Under the pieces are notes generated by a model, which saw only the letters and a list, made by a program, of their open reading frames with translations, did not search any database and had not been told where the DNA came from. Positions 35,487 through 45,576 of a stretch of DNA of 64,000 nt are shown one piece after another; the first letter of the stretch is position 1, and every line of letters starts with the position of its first letter. A program made the translations under genes and the position numbers. Origin of the DNA: an uncultured Anaerolineales bacterium (GTDB lineage Bacteria > Chloroflexota > Anaerolineae > UBA2200); the NCBI GenBank assembly GCA_964478725.1, contig CAYZKS010000001.1, positions 2,903 through 66,902 of the forward strand, written 5' to 3'.

Positions 35487-35520
35487 CATAGCCCCGGCTC
35501 CACCGAGGGCCGAGGCTATG
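35487..35520. terminator. Hairpin (about 12-bp stem with one mismatch) between the convergent comEA and thrS 3' ends; candidate bidirectional terminator
   Basis: CATAGCCCCGGC ... GCCGAGGCTATG inverted repeat seen in the sequence; lacks a strong U-tract. Confidence 0.3.
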
Positions 35521-35537
35521 AAGGATCAACTGACCGC

Positions 35538-37331
35538 CTAGGCGTTGGCTTTGTCTTCCACCGCTTTGAGCGCCATGGCGATGAACTCGTCCAGCGGCTT
35601 GGCTCCCAGGTTCTCCTCGCTGCGTAGACGCACCGACACCGTCCCGGATGCCGCCTCTTTGTCGCCCACGATCAACATGTATGGGATCTTCTGCAGCTGG
35701 GCGTTGCGCACCTTGGCGTTCATGCGCTCGGCACTGTCGTCCATCTTGGCCCGCAAATTGGCCGCCTCCAGCTTCTTCAGCACAGATGCAGCGTATTCGC
35801 GGTGTCGATCCGCGATGGGGATGATCTGCACCTGCACAGGTGCAAGCCACACCGGGAAGGCCCCTGCATAGTGCTCGATCAAGCCTCCCACGAAACGCTC
35901 CATGCTCCCTAGCACCGTGCGGTGTACCATAACCGGGCGGTGTTCCTTGCCGTCCTCGCCCACAAAGTTGAGGTCAAAGCTATTTGGGAAGTTAAAGTCA
36001 ACCTGGATGGTTGGCCCCTGCCATCCACGACCGAGCGCGTCGCGCATCTTGATATCAATGGCTGGGCCGTAGAACTTGGCTTCTCCAGGCATCACCTTGT
36101 ACTCAACCTCGCGCAGCCGCAGCGCCCCGGCCAGAGCAGCCTCCGCGTTCTCCCAGATGTTGTCATCGCCAATGTACTTTTTCTTGCCGGCCGGATCGCG
36201 CACCGAAAGCTCAACATCGAATTCCTGATAGCCGAACGTGCGCAGCATGAAGAACGACAGGTCCAGCACACCCACGACCTCGTCTAGCAGTTGGTCGGGC
36301 CGGCAGAAGATGTGGGCGTCATCCTGCGTGAAGCCGCGCACCCGCAGCATGCCGTGCAGTACTCCGCTCTTTTCATAGCGGTAAACCGTCCCGAGCTCTG
36401 CCCAGCGCAGTGGTAGGTCTCTGTATGAGCGCGTCTGGGTCTTGTACATCAGCACCGCAAAGGGGCAGTTCATCGGTTTGAGCAGGTATTGTATTCCATC
36501 GATGTCCATGGGCGAATACATGCTCTCGCGATAAAAGTCCCAGTGACCGCTGATCTTCCACAGATCCACGCGGCCGATGTGCGGGCTGTAGACGATATCG
36601 TAGCCGCGCTTGCGGTGCTCCTGCCGCCAAAAGTTCTCGATGATCTCGCGAATCAGCGCTCCCTTGGGGTGCCAGTAGATCAGTCCGGCACCGCCGATGT
36701 CGTGAGTGCTGAACAGGTCCAGCTCCTTGCCCAGCTTGCGGTGGTCGCGTCGTTCGATCTCTGCTAGCCTTTGCATATAGGCGTCGAGCTGAGCCTTGTC
36801 GGGCCAGACCGTGCCATAGATGCGCTGCAGCATTTGGCGACGCTCGTCACCACGCCAGTAGGCTCCGGCCGTGCGCAGCAGTTTCAGCCCCCCAGGGTTG
36901 ATCTCATTCGTGTTGGCCACGTGTGGTCCACGGCACAAGTCAACGAAAGGTCCGCTCTGGTAGATGCTCAGCTTGGGTGGTCCCTCGGCCTTCTCTCCGT
37001 CTGCGTCCTGACCACCGGCCAGGATGCCCTCAATCAGCTCCAGCTTGTAGGGCTGATCCGCGAAGATCTTGCGCGCTTCTGCCTCAGAGACTTCACGATA
37101 TTCGAACGGGTGATTCTCTTTGACGATCTCGCGCATGCGGGCCTCGAGCTCGATCAAGTCCTCGGGCGTCAGTGAGCGCGGAAGGTCGAAATCGTAGTAG
37201 AAGCCGTCCTCAATGGCCGGGCCGATTGCGACTTTGCCCTCTGGGAACTTTTCCAGGACGGCCTGAGCCATGACGTGTGAGGCCGAGTGGCGTAGTTTGT
37301 GCAGTTGTTCCCCTGCGTGTTTCTCAGACAT
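35538..37331 (-). CDS. thrS: Threonine--tRNA ligase (lacks the N-terminal TGS domain)
   Basis: 597 aa. Begins in the editing domain (HSASHVMAQAV...GFYYDFD). Class II aaRS motifs 1-3 present, with a C-terminal anticodon-binding domain. Confidence 0.95.
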   Translation of the reverse strand: MSEKHAGEQLHKLRHSASHVMAQAVLEKFPEGKVAIGPAIEDGFYYDFDLPRSLTPEDLIELEARMREIVKENHPFEYREVSEAEARKIFADQPYKLELIEGILAGGQDADGEKAEGPPKLSIYQSGPFVDLCRGPHVANTNEINPGGLKLLRTAGAYWRGDERRQMLQRIYGTVWPDKAQLDAYMQRLAEIERRDHRKLGKELDLFSTHDIGGAGLIYWHPKGALIREIIENFWRQEHRKRGYDIVYSPHIGRVDLWKISGHWDFYRESMYSPMDIDGIQYLLKPMNCPFAVLMYKTQTRSYRDLPLRWAELGTVYRYEKSGVLHGMLRVRGFTQDDAHIFCRPDQLLDEVVGVLDLSFFMLRTFGYQEFDVELSVRDPAGKKKYIGDDNIWENAEAALAGALRLREVEYKVMPGEAKFYGPAIDIKMRDALGRGWQGPTIQVDFNFPNSFDLNFVGEDGKEHRPVMVHRTVLGSMERFVGGLIEHYAGAFPVWLAPVQVQIIPIADRHREYAASVLKKLEAANLRAKMDDSAERMNAKVRNAQLQKIPYMLIVGDKEAASGTVSVRLRSEENLGAKPLDEFIAMALKAVEDKANA

Positions 37332-37439
37332 GGTCTCTCTCCTTGTTACTCAAGATCGAGCGCGCGAGCCATCGGGCCGCACGCTCAGCGGCTTGTCTGT
37401 GTGCCAGTGTCGTCTTCAGTCATGCTTGTCATCTCCCTT

Positions 37440-37752
37440 CGCCGAAAAAAGCAAACCTCGCACCCACCCTGGGGCGCGAGGTTCCTCACGCGGTTCCACC
37501 CAACTTGGCCACGAAAGGGCGAACCATTCCGCGGCAACTCGTTGTAGCTGATAACGGGAGCACCCGGGTCTCTATACTCTGCCCTTGCCGGGCATTTCCA
37601 GGACCAGCTATCAGGTGGTTTTCGCCGGATTCGCATCAAGCGGGCTTGCAGTCAGCGGCCCACTCTCCCTGTGACTGCTCTACCGGCTACTCGTCCTGAT
37701 CCAAGCCGATGAAATAGGCCCACGCACGTACCGTGGGCCCCATTGCCTTGTG
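37440..37752 (-). promoter_or_regulatory. T-box riboswitch leader (tRNA-Thr sensing) with terminator/antiterminator, upstream of thrS
   Basis: On the minus strand: conserved T-box sequence GGGTGGAACCGCG (37505..37487). Terminator hairpin CCTCGCGCCCCAGGGTGGGTGCGAGG followed by the T-tract TTTGCTTTTTTCGGC. An ACC-containing candidate specifier region lies upstream. About 300-nt leader before the thrS ATG. Confidence 0.7.
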
Positions 37753-37757
37753 GGTTT

Positions 37758-37786
37758 ATCATATCACAATGTGGCCGTTCCTGCAA
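37758..37786 (-). promoter_or_regulatory. Sigma-70 promoter (TTGCAG-17-TATGAT) driving the thrS T-box leader
   Basis: Minus strand: -35 TTGCAG (37786..37781), 17-nt spacer, -10 TATGAT (37763..37758); begins 10 nt after the upstream gene stop. Confidence 0.5.
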
Positions 37787-37796
37787 ATCGCCGCAC

Positions 37797-38840
37797 CTAC
37801 CTCTCGAAGCCCACTCCGTACAGTCTCTCTTGTTTGCCAAGCAGAAAGCCGGCGGGGAACGGGTCCGTCGGGTCCAGCACGAACTGTTGGATGCCCATGA
37901 TCCAAGCACTCCCGCGGATGGTGGGCACTGCGGCCTTGAATTGGCCGACCCTCGTCTCCTCCACCAGCTGTCCGTAGAACAGGCTGCCGATGATGCTCTC
38001 ATGCACGAATTCCTGGTTGAGCTTGAGCTCACCTTTGGCCCATAGTGTGGCCATCTTGGCGCTGGTGCCGGTACCACAAGGAGAGCGGTCCATGCCTGCC
38101 GGGGGCACCACCACCGCATTCTTCATGCTCGCGGCAGGGTGCGTGGCTGGGGCGGAGAACTCCACGTAGTTGACACAGTCGATTTCAGGGTACTCGGGAT
38201 GGTGGATCTCCACCTGGTCGTTCACTGCCTTCCAGATCTTCGCTCCGCAGTTGATGATCTCGGCCGCGTGCTCGGGCGCAATCACCAAGCCCACGCTCGC
38301 AGCTGGCAGGATCGCGTAAAAGTTGCCTCCGTAGGCGATGTCTACTGTCACCTGCCCCAAGTCGGGCACATCCACATTGACAGCAGTTTTGTACAGAAAG
38401 GATGGCACATTGCGAATAGTCACCGACTCAGCCTTGTCATCCTTGACGTGAACCTCGGCACGCACCACGCCAGCCGGGGTGTCGAGGACGATCTCTGTCA
38501 GTGGCTCCCTGGCGGGGACGATGCCAGTCTCCACCAGAACGGTGCAGATGGCAATGGTTCCGTGACCACACATCGTGGCATAGCCGCCAGGCTCCAGGTA
38601 GAGGACTCCGAAGTGCGCTTCCTTGGCGGTGGGTGGGGTGATCAGCGAGGCATACATGTTGTTGTGGCCGCGCGGCTCGTGCACCAAGAAGGTGCGCAAG
38701 TAGTCCATGTGGTCGCGCACGTGCTTGAGCTTGGCCAACATGCTCTCGCCAGGGATTTCGGGCAGGCCGCCCGTTACCACTCTCTCTGCATTCCCTCCGG
38801 TGTGGGAATCCACCACGGTGAGCATACGACAAAACTTCAT
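37797..38840 (-). CDS. Proline racemase family enzyme, Cys/Cys type (proline racemase or 4-hydroxyproline 2-epimerase)
   Basis: Catalytic motifs MCGHGTI and SPCGTGTSA (both catalytic positions Cys); about 347 aa, typical of the family. Confidence 0.85.
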   Translation of the reverse strand: MKFCRMLTVVDSHTGGNAERVVTGGLPEIPGESMLAKLKHVRDHMDYLRTFLVHEPRGHNNMYASLITPPTAKEAHFGVLYLEPGGYATMCGHGTIAICTVLVETGIVPAREPLTEIVLDTPAGVVRAEVHVKDDKAESVTIRNVPSFLYKTAVNVDVPDLGQVTVDIAYGGNFYAILPAASVGLVIAPEHAAEIINCGAKIWKAVNDQVEIHHPEYPEIDCVNYVEFSAPATHPAASMKNAVVVPPAGMDRSPCGTGTSAKMATLWAKGELKLNQEFVHESIIGSLFYGQLVEETRVGQFKAAVPTIRGSAWIMGIQQFVLDPTDPFPAGFLLGKQERLYGVGFER

Positions 38841-38876
38841 GCTACGAACCTCCCATGCCGTATCTGGAGCGGAATC

Positions 38877-40205
38877 CTAGTACCCCAGCTCTTTGAGCGC
38901 TTCTCGCACAGCCGTCAAAGTCTGATCCACGTCTTCCTCCGTATGCGCCAGCGAGGCCACCGAGTGCAGGCAGGCAGAGGGTGACATGTAGACGCCGTGC
39001 TTGAACAGGGCCAGCGCGAACTGCTGGTACTTGGCTCGATCCACAAAGGCGCAGAACTCACGATAATCCTGGATCGCAGGGCGCGCGGTGAACATGATTT
39101 GCAGCATGGGCCCCACGGCCTGCACGATGGCCTGAATTCCGCTTTCTGCGAAAAGGCTGCGCAAGCCTTGAGTGAGCCTTTCTCCGATGCGCCAAACGTG
39201 GCGGAAGCCGGCGCCGCCGTCATGGGCGAGCTCCTTGAGGCTGGCGCGAGCGGCAAACAGCCCGATGCGTGAGGCGTTCTGCGTACCATAGTGCAGGACG
39301 CCTCCCCATGTCAGTGCTTGCATGATGCCCGCTCGCCCCACGAGCGCAGCCACGGGCAATCCGGCGCCAAGCGCTTTGCCGAACGTAGCTATGTCGGGAT
39401 GGAGGCCATAGTACTCCTGGCAGCCCCCCGCCGCTACCCGAAACCCTGTCACGGTCTCGTCTAGGATGAAAAGGATGCCGTTCTCGCGGCACAACTTGCC
39501 TAGCCCCTGAAGGTAGCCTGGTTCAGGGGGAATCACGCCCATGTTGGCCATGATGCCCTCAGTGATCACCGCCGCGATCTGGCCCCGATTCGCGTCTATC
39601 GCGCGCTCCACGGCCGGCAGATCGTTCCAGGCCACCAGAATGGTATCGTCCAAGGCGCGCCGGTTCAAACCGGAGCTGTCGGGGATTCTGATGGGATCGT
39701 TGCGCCAGCCCAGCGCGGCGGGCAATTGCGGGTGCGCGCTCACCAGGAAGTCATCGTACCAGCCATGATAGTGCCCTTCGAACTTGATGAACCTGGGCCT
39801 CCCGGTGAAACCACGAGCCAGGCGGATGGCGGCCATGGTGGCCTCGGTACCCGTATTGGCAAAGCGTACGCGTTCGGCGCACGGCACCATCTGCTGAATG
39901 AGCTCGGCTACCTCAATCTCGATTTCCGTGGCGGCTGCGAACAGCGTCCCGGTGACGGCTGCCTGCTGCACAGCTTCGACGATGCGCGGATGAGCGTGTC
40001 CCAACGGCAAAGCGCCATATGCCATCATCCAGTCTATATAGCGGTTGCCGTCCGCATCATAGATGTGAGAGCCATCGCCGCGCTCAACAAAAACGGGGCA
40101 CTCGCCGTAGTTGGCGGGCCCCCGCGACGGTGAGCTGCCACCTTCGATCAGCACCCCCAGTGCTCTCCGAAAGAGCTGCTCGGATCGCTTGTTTACATAC
40201 GACAC
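38877..40205 (-). CDS. Class III PLP-dependent aminotransferase (glutamate-1-semialdehyde aminomutase-like)
   Basis: GSA-AT-like N-terminus (VSYVNKRSEQLFRRA...GGSSPSR), PLP lysine region (ATFGKALGAG), DETVTGFR. GTG start at 40205 preceded by an AGGAGG RBS. The ORF-table start at 40328 is an extension. Confidence 0.8.
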   Translation of the reverse strand: MSYVNKRSEQLFRRALGVLIEGGSSPSRGPANYGECPVFVERGDGSHIYDADGNRYIDWMMAYGALPLGHAHPRIVEAVQQAAVTGTLFAAATEIEIEVAELIQQMVPCAERVRFANTGTEATMAAIRLARGFTGRPRFIKFEGHYHGWYDDFLVSAHPQLPAALGWRNDPIRIPDSSGLNRRALDDTILVAWNDLPAVERAIDANRGQIAAVITEGIMANMGVIPPEPGYLQGLGKLCRENGILFILDETVTGFRVAAGGCQEYYGLHPDIATFGKALGAGLPVAALVGRAGIMQALTWGGVLHYGTQNASRIGLFAARASLKELAHDGGAGFRHVWRIGERLTQGLRSLFAESGIQAIVQAVGPMLQIMFTARPAIQDYREFCAFVDRAKYQQFALALFKHGVYMSPSACLHSVASLAHTEEDVDQTLTAVREALKELGY

Positions 40206-40339
40206 TGATGTGCCTCCTGGCAGACCGCAATGTCGGCTGTCTCGACTCTCCCTGACTCGCGCAGGGAGAGCCATCAGCCAAACGTCTGCATGACGTGGGA
40301 GGGCGCGGAGAGCACCTCCTTGTTGCACATGCTCGGCCC

Positions 40340-41074
40340 TTAGGTAGCGCAGACTTGTCTGGCCGCGCCACCCAGGTAGGCTTTCTGCACTCCTTCGTTC
40401 TGAAGCAACTCCTGCCCAGTCCCTTCCAGCACAATGTTGCCAACTTCCAGCACATAGGCTCGATCGGCCATGGACAGAGCCGCACGCGCGTTCTGCTCGA
40501 CCAGCAGGATTGTGGTGCCTTGGTCGTTAATCTGCTTGGTGGTGTCAAGAACGGCCTCTACCAGCTTTGGCGCCAATCCCAGGCCAGGCTCATCCAGCAT
40601 CAGGAGTTTCGGCTTGGCCATCAGCGCCCGGCCGATGGCCAGCATCTGTCGTTCTCCTCCACTCAGCGTGCCACTGGACTGATGAATACGCTCCTGCAGA
40701 ACCGGGAATAGCTCGCACACCCGCTGCATCGCTTCGGAGGGATTGCCATCTTTGCGACGACTGTAGTAGCCCAGCAACAGGTTCTCTTCCACGGTCATCG
40801 TGGCAAACAACCTGCGTCCTTCCGGGCACTGCATGATCCCCAGGTCCACGATCTGATGAGAGGGCATCGCCTGGATCTCTCTGCCATCGAAGATGATCTT
40901 GCCGCTGGTCGGCTTCAGTGCTCCGCATATCGTCATCAATGTGGTGGATTTCCCCGCCCCATTCGCACCAATCAAAGCTACAATCTCGCCTTCCTTCACT
41001 TCAAACGAGATCCCCTTGAGCGCAGGGATTTCGCCGTACTTGGTTACCAGGTTCTCAACTTTGAGCAAGCTCAT
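40340..41074 (-). CDS. livF: Branched-chain amino acid ABC transporter ATP-binding protein (LivF-like)
   Basis: Walker A GANGAGKST, signature LSGGERQ, Walker B LLMLDEP. ATG at 41074 with a GAAGGTGG RBS. Confidence 0.85.
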   Translation of the reverse strand: MSLLKVENLVTKYGEIPALKGISFEVKEGEIVALIGANGAGKSTTLMTICGALKPTSGKIIFDGREIQAMPSHQIVDLGIMQCPEGRRLFATMTVEENLLLGYYSRRKDGNPSEAMQRVCELFPVLQERIHQSSGTLSGGERQMLAIGRALMAKPKLLMLDEPGLGLAPKLVEAVLDTTKQINDQGTTILLVEQNARAALSMADRAYVLEVGNIVLEGTGQELLQNEGVQKAYLGGAARQVCAT

Positions 41075-41891
41075 GCCGCCACCTTCCCAGGTATGCTTCA
41101 ATGACAGTCTCGTTGCACTGTATTTCTGCTGGAGTGCCCTCAGCAATCTTCACTCCATGGTCCAGAACCGTGATCCAGTCCGAGACTCCCATTACCACGT
41201 TCATATCATGCTCAACCAGAATGACGGTAACGCCCTGATCTCTGATGGTATAGATCAGGGAGATCATGGCGTCTTTCTCCGAAGGGTTCATGCCCGCCGT
41301 AGGCTCATCCAACAGCAAGAGCTTGGGATCCGCGGCCAGCGCTCTGGCTATTTCCAGGCGCCTCTGATGGCCGAAGGTTAGGGTACCCGCAAGCTTGTTT
41401 CGATGCTCGCCTATGCCGACAAAGCGCAGCAACTCCAGAGCACGATCGCGGCTCCATTGCTCCTCGCGCCGTGCCCTTGGGCCCCGTAAGATCGCATTGA
41501 AGACCCCGTTCTTGGTGCGGCAGTGCGCGCCAACCTGGACGTTTTCGAGCGCGCTCATGTTCTTGAACACGCGGATCAGCTGATACGTGCGAGCGATCCC
41601 TAGATCGGCTACCTTATGTGCTGGCAAGCCCAGAATCTTTCGCCCAAAGTAGGAAACCTCACCGGCCGAAGCAGGTAGGGTGCCGGTGATCAGGTTGAAG
41701 GTGGTGGTCTTGCCGGCGCCGTTGGGTCCGATCAGCGAGAAGATCTGCCCTTGACGTATCCGAAAACTGACCTCATTCACTGCCCTGAGCGCCCCAAAGT
41801 CTTTCGACAGCCCCTTTACTACGAGTAAGTCGTCGCCGCTCCCAGCGGGACGGTTGTGTTCGGTTGGATCGCTAATGGCTGAAGCCATCAC
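41055..41891 (-). CDS. livG: Branched-chain amino acid ABC transporter ATP-binding protein (LivG-like)
   Basis: Walker A GPNGAGKTT, signature-like LTFGHQRRLE, Walker B LLLDEP, plus the LivG-specific insert. Confidence 0.85.
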   Translation of the reverse strand: MMASAISDPTEHNRPAGSGDDLLVVKGLSKDFGALRAVNEVSFRIRQGQIFSLIGPNGAGKTTTFNLITGTLPASAGEVSYFGRKILGLPAHKVADLGIARTYQLIRVFKNMSALENVQVGAHCRTKNGVFNAILRGPRARREEQWSRDRALELLRFVGIGEHRNKLAGTLTFGHQRRLEIARALAADPKLLLLDEPTAGMNPSEKDAMISLIYTIRDQGVTVILVEHDMNVVMGVSDWITVLDHGVKIAEGTPAEIQCNETVIEAYLGRWRHELAQS

Positions 41892-41947
41892 ACAGACCTC
41901 CGTCTTGAGATATCCCTATGTCTCTTCCTGACCAGAGGCTTCCCACG

Positions 41948-42997
41948 TCAGATCTTCTGCTCCGCTTCGTCTTTCTCTGTCCCTTGACGCCTCGGCAACA
42001 GACCCTGAGGGCGGAAAAGCGAGAAGATGATCAATAGCAGCCCATAGAAGAGAATTCTGGCGCTCTCCAAGGGTGTTCCTCTGAGCGGCTCTGGCAAAAG
42101 GGTCAGCAGAATCGCGCCCAGGACTGCGCCGTCAGCATTGCCAAGGCCACCCACAATCGCCATGGCGATGATTAGCCAGGTCTCTCTGGAGGTGAAACTT
42201 TCCGGGCTAACAAAGGTCTGCATGCTGGCAAAGATTGCACCTGCCAGCCCTACCGGAGCTACGCCAATGGCGCATGCCAACAACTTCATGCCTCGGGTAT
42301 CCACCCCCGCTGTCGTGGCGGCCTCTTCATCGTTGCGGATGGCCATCCAGGCCCTTCCGATCCTCGATTGCTCCAAGCGCTTGATGACGAAATACACCGC
42401 AACGCATAGCAGCAGGATCAGGTAGTAGTAGTCTCTCACCGTTCGCAAAGCGAAGAAGGGCAAGCGAATGGGATCAATGTTCATGATCCCGTAGGAGGCA
42501 TTGGTGAACTTTAGGTTATTGACCAGAATCCTGAGGATTTCCGCAAAGGCCAAGGTCACCAGTCCCAGATAGTCGCCAACGAGCCGTATGGAGGGTATAC
42601 CCAGCAGATAGGATGCCAGAGAAGCCAAGGCTACTGCCACGGGGAGTACAATGACAAAAGCCAGGTGCATGCCATGGAGCGGTGAGGCAAGCATCGCATA
42701 GGTGTACGCTCCGATGGCGAAATAGGCCGCGAACCCCAGGTTGAAGAGGCCCGTATAGCCAAACATCAGGTTGTATCCCAAGGCCATCATCACGTACAAC
42801 CCCGCGATGTCAATAACGCGCATCCAGTAGCCACTGGATATCAATCGGGGTAGAGCCAGCAACAGGACGGCCATCACGACCAGTGTGACCTGCTTCAATC
42901 GTGTGCTGCCTGCAAGCGCACGCCAGCCTTGCGAGGGTTTGTTTGAACCAGAGCCTTGTGGGCCAGAAGTGGCTTTGTCACTTTGGTAGCTAGACAC
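41948..42997 (-). CDS. livM: Branched-chain amino acid ABC transporter permease (LivM-like)
   Basis: Polytopic permease with a LivM-type architecture and an N-terminal extension. Confidence 0.8.
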   Translation of the reverse strand: MSSYQSDKATSGPQGSGSNKPSQGWRALAGSTRLKQVTLVVMAVLLLALPRLISSGYWMRVIDIAGLYVMMALGYNLMFGYTGLFNLGFAAYFAIGAYTYAMLASPLHGMHLAFVIVLPVAVALASLASYLLGIPSIRLVGDYLGLVTLAFAEILRILVNNLKFTNASYGIMNIDPIRLPFFALRTVRDYYYLILLLCVAVYFVIKRLEQSRIGRAWMAIRNDEEAATTAGVDTRGMKLLACAIGVAPVGLAGAIFASMQTFVSPESFTSRETWLIIAMAIVGGLGNADGAVLGAILLTLLPEPLRGTPLESARILFYGLLLIIFSLFRPQGLLPRRQGTEKDEAEQKI

Positions 42998-43029
42998 TGG
43001 TATCTCCTTCCTGGACCTAGATAGTCACC

Positions 43030-43992
43030 TCAGGCCTTCACAATAACCTCAGGCTTACCAAGGATTCCCCCGGGTTTCAGGGCAAGCGTAATGATGAGCG
43101 CGAGGAAGACAAAGATGCGCCTGTAGTCAGCCCCAAGGAGTCCGCCGGTCAGTATGGGGAGGTAGCCGCCGCCCACAGCCTCCAGCAAGCCAATCAAGAG
43201 CCCGGCGATCACGCAACCGCGCATGTCGCCAATTCCACCGATGACAGCAGAAGCCCACCCCAGGATCATGAGCTGATAGCCCGTGAGGTAGTAGGTTTGC
43301 CCGTAGTACATGGCATGGGATATTCCGGCGACAGCCCCCAGGGACGCACCGAGGGCGAATACGGCCACGATGGTTCTGTTCACGTCAATCCCCAGCAGGC
43401 CAGCCATGCCCTTATCCTCGGCCACCGCCCGGATGCACCTTCCCAGAGTGGTTTTGTTCACGAGATAGAACAGTGCCATCAGCAGGATGACGGTCAAGAT
43501 GGCGATAGCGACCTGCAGGTTGGAGTACGTGGCGCCCAAGATCGTAAAGTACGACTTTTTGAGCAGGGACGGAAAGGCCTTCATTTCGCGCCCGAAGACA
43601 AGCATCATCAGGTTCTCCAGAGAGATCGAAACCCCCAGGGCGCTGATCAAGATCGTCAAAATGGAGGCTTTTCTTAGCGGGCGGTAGACGAACCTTTCTA
43701 TGATCAGGGCAGTGATAGCGGAGCAGAGCATGCCGCCCAGGAATACCATCAGCAGCACCAACAGCAGTCTTGCGCCCGTCAATGGGACCTCGATGATATT
43801 GAGGCGGCCCTTGGTAATGCCGGTGGCCTTGAGCAAGGTCAGGGAGAACATGGCGCCCAAGACGCACAGGTCCCCATGTGCAAAGTTCACCATCTTGAGA
43901 ACGCCGTAAACCATGGAGTAACCCAGGGCTATCAGCGAATAGATCATACCGATAGTCAAACCATTCAGGGACTGTTGAACAAAGGTAGTCAT
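43030..43992 (-). CDS. livH: Branched-chain amino acid ABC transporter permease (LivH-like)
   Basis: LivH-type polytopic permease. ATG at 43992 preceded by an AGGAGGGGGA RBS. The ORF-table start at 44067 is an extension. Confidence 0.8.
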   Translation of the reverse strand: MTTFVQQSLNGLTIGMIYSLIALGYSMVYGVLKMVNFAHGDLCVLGAMFSLTLLKATGITKGRLNIIEVPLTGARLLLVLLMVFLGGMLCSAITALIIERFVYRPLRKASILTILISALGVSISLENLMMLVFGREMKAFPSLLKKSYFTILGATYSNLQVAIAILTVILLMALFYLVNKTTLGRCIRAVAEDKGMAGLLGIDVNRTIVAVFALGASLGAVAGISHAMYYGQTYYLTGYQLMILGWASAVIGGIGDMRGCVIAGLLIGLLEAVGGGYLPILTGGLLGADYRRIFVFLALIITLALKPGGILGKPEVIVKA

Positions 43993-44087
43993 GACGGCGC
44001 TCCCCCTCCTAGAATCAGTCCTGCGTGCACACGATGTGTGAGCTTGGTTGGCCAGTCTCCTCGCCAACCAAGCTCACTTCTAAGCTG

Positions 44088-45392
44088 CTAGGTTCCCAAC
44101 AGCTGTACGACTAGGGCCTTGTACTCATCATACGACATGGTTTGGTAGGGTGGCGTGCCCTGCCAGACGTACACGACTTCCATCTTCAAGCTGGGCTTGA
44201 GTTCCCACACAAAGGCCACGGGGTGCTTGGGCTCTCCGATGGCATCCCATGACAAGCCAGCCGGACTGATGATGCTGGGGACCTCGATCTCGTGCAGGGC
44301 CTTGCGGATGGCCTCCCTCTCAGCCTTCCCGGCATGCTTGATGGCAGCCGCGACCGCGTAGACGATATCATAGTACACAGGAGACCATTCCTCGGGCTCC
44401 TTGCCCCACCTGGCCATGAAATCGGCGGTGAACTTTCTGGTTTCCGGCCTAAAGTCAATCGGCGGAGCAGCGGTGGGGGCCAGCGTGCCGACGCCCTTCT
44501 CCTTCACGGCGTCGACGTATTCTGAACTGGTGGCTTCAGCCGCGATGTAGTGCTGCGTCATCCCCAGGTCCTTCATCTGGTTGCAGATCAGAGCGGCCTC
44601 AGAATAGCCGGCAAAGTACACCGCCTCGGGCTTCTCAGCGTTGACCTTGGTGAGCGTGGGGGTAAAGTCCACAGCGTTCTGGTCCACACCCTGGAAGCTG
44701 GTTGTCTTCACGCCCAGCTCCTCACACCTCTTCACGAACACCGTCGCCACGGCCTCGCCGAACATGGTCTTGTTGTGGATGACCGCCACGGACTTGATGC
44801 CCAGTTTCTCGACCGCATAGTCCGCACCGGCGTAGCCAGTGATCAGGTCGTTAGCGCAGGTGATGCGGAACACATGGTCGTAACCCTGGATGGTGATCCT
44901 GGGGTTGCTGCCAAGTTCGAGCTGAGGCATGCCAGCCTCTTTGTAGACAGGCATGGTGGGGATCGTGGTGCCGCTGAAGGTGTGACCAATCACGGCCACG
45001 ATCTCCGGGTCCTCGCACAGCTTGTGCGCCACGGCCACGGCCGTCGCCGCGTCCCCGGCGTCATCCATGACGACCAGTTCCAGCGGCCTGCCCAGAACGC
45101 CGCCCGCCGCGTTGATCTGTTCTACCGCCAGGATTGAGGCATCCCTCACCATCTCGCCGAACACATAGGTGTCTGCCCCGGTCAGAATCACCGGCAGGCC
45201 GATCTTGATGGACTTGGCCGCTGGCGGTGGCACGGCTGTGACTTCCTTTACTACTTCCTTCTCCACCTCCACGACCTTGGTCTCTACTTTGGTGATCACC
45301 TGTGGAACAGGTGTCGCAGCAGGAGCGCACGCGGAAACGAGTACGCTCAAAGCCAAGACCACCAACACGATTGTCTGAAGCTTCCTATGCAT
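44088..45392 (-). CDS. ABC transporter substrate-binding protein, Leu/Ile/Val-binding (LivJ/K) family, lipoprotein-type signal
   Basis: Signal peptide with a lipobox-like LVSAC, a Pro/Val/Glu-rich linker, then a type I periplasmic binding fold. Confidence 0.8.
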   Translation of the reverse strand: MHRKLQTIVLVVLALSVLVSACAPAATPVPQVITKVETKVVEVEKEVVKEVTAVPPPAAKSIKIGLPVILTGADTYVFGEMVRDASILAVEQINAAGGVLGRPLELVVMDDAGDAATAVAVAHKLCEDPEIVAVIGHTFSGTTIPTMPVYKEAGMPQLELGSNPRITIQGYDHVFRITCANDLITGYAGADYAVEKLGIKSVAVIHNKTMFGEAVATVFVKRCEELGVKTTSFQGVDQNAVDFTPTLTKVNAEKPEAVYFAGYSEAALICNQMKDLGMTQHYIAAEATSSEYVDAVKEKGVGTLAPTAAPPIDFRPETRKFTADFMARWGKEPEEWSPVYYDIVYAVAAAIKHAGKAEREAIRKALHEIEVPSIISPAGLSWDAIGEPKHPVAFVWELKPSLKMEVVYVWQGTPPYQTMSYDEYKALVVQLLGT

Positions 45393-45576
45393 TTGTATCC
45401 CTCCTCCTAGTTGTCTGGACTATCCACGGATACGCACCGGACTGGCTTCGTTCCACTTCTTGGCATCTGCGCCCAGATCACCTCCTTTCGTCGGCGGCCG
45501 CACTGCCTGTGCAATTGTGTGCAGCGACGATTCATCATAGTGCCAGGTCGGCGAGTGCTGCACTGTCCTGGGCCGA

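Noticed and set aside
38139-38984. Plus-strand 281-aa ORF overlapping the proline-racemase gene
   Set aside because: Antisense to a gene with canonical SPCGTGTSA and MCGHGTI motifs; His/Arg/Gly-rich junk translation.
45393-45576. Intergenic region upstream of the liv operon with a TGTGCAAT-TGTGTGCA direct repeat
   Set aside because: Not a true palindrome and no convincing -35/-10 pair. It may still hold the liv promoter or operator, but I cannot support a call from sequence alone.
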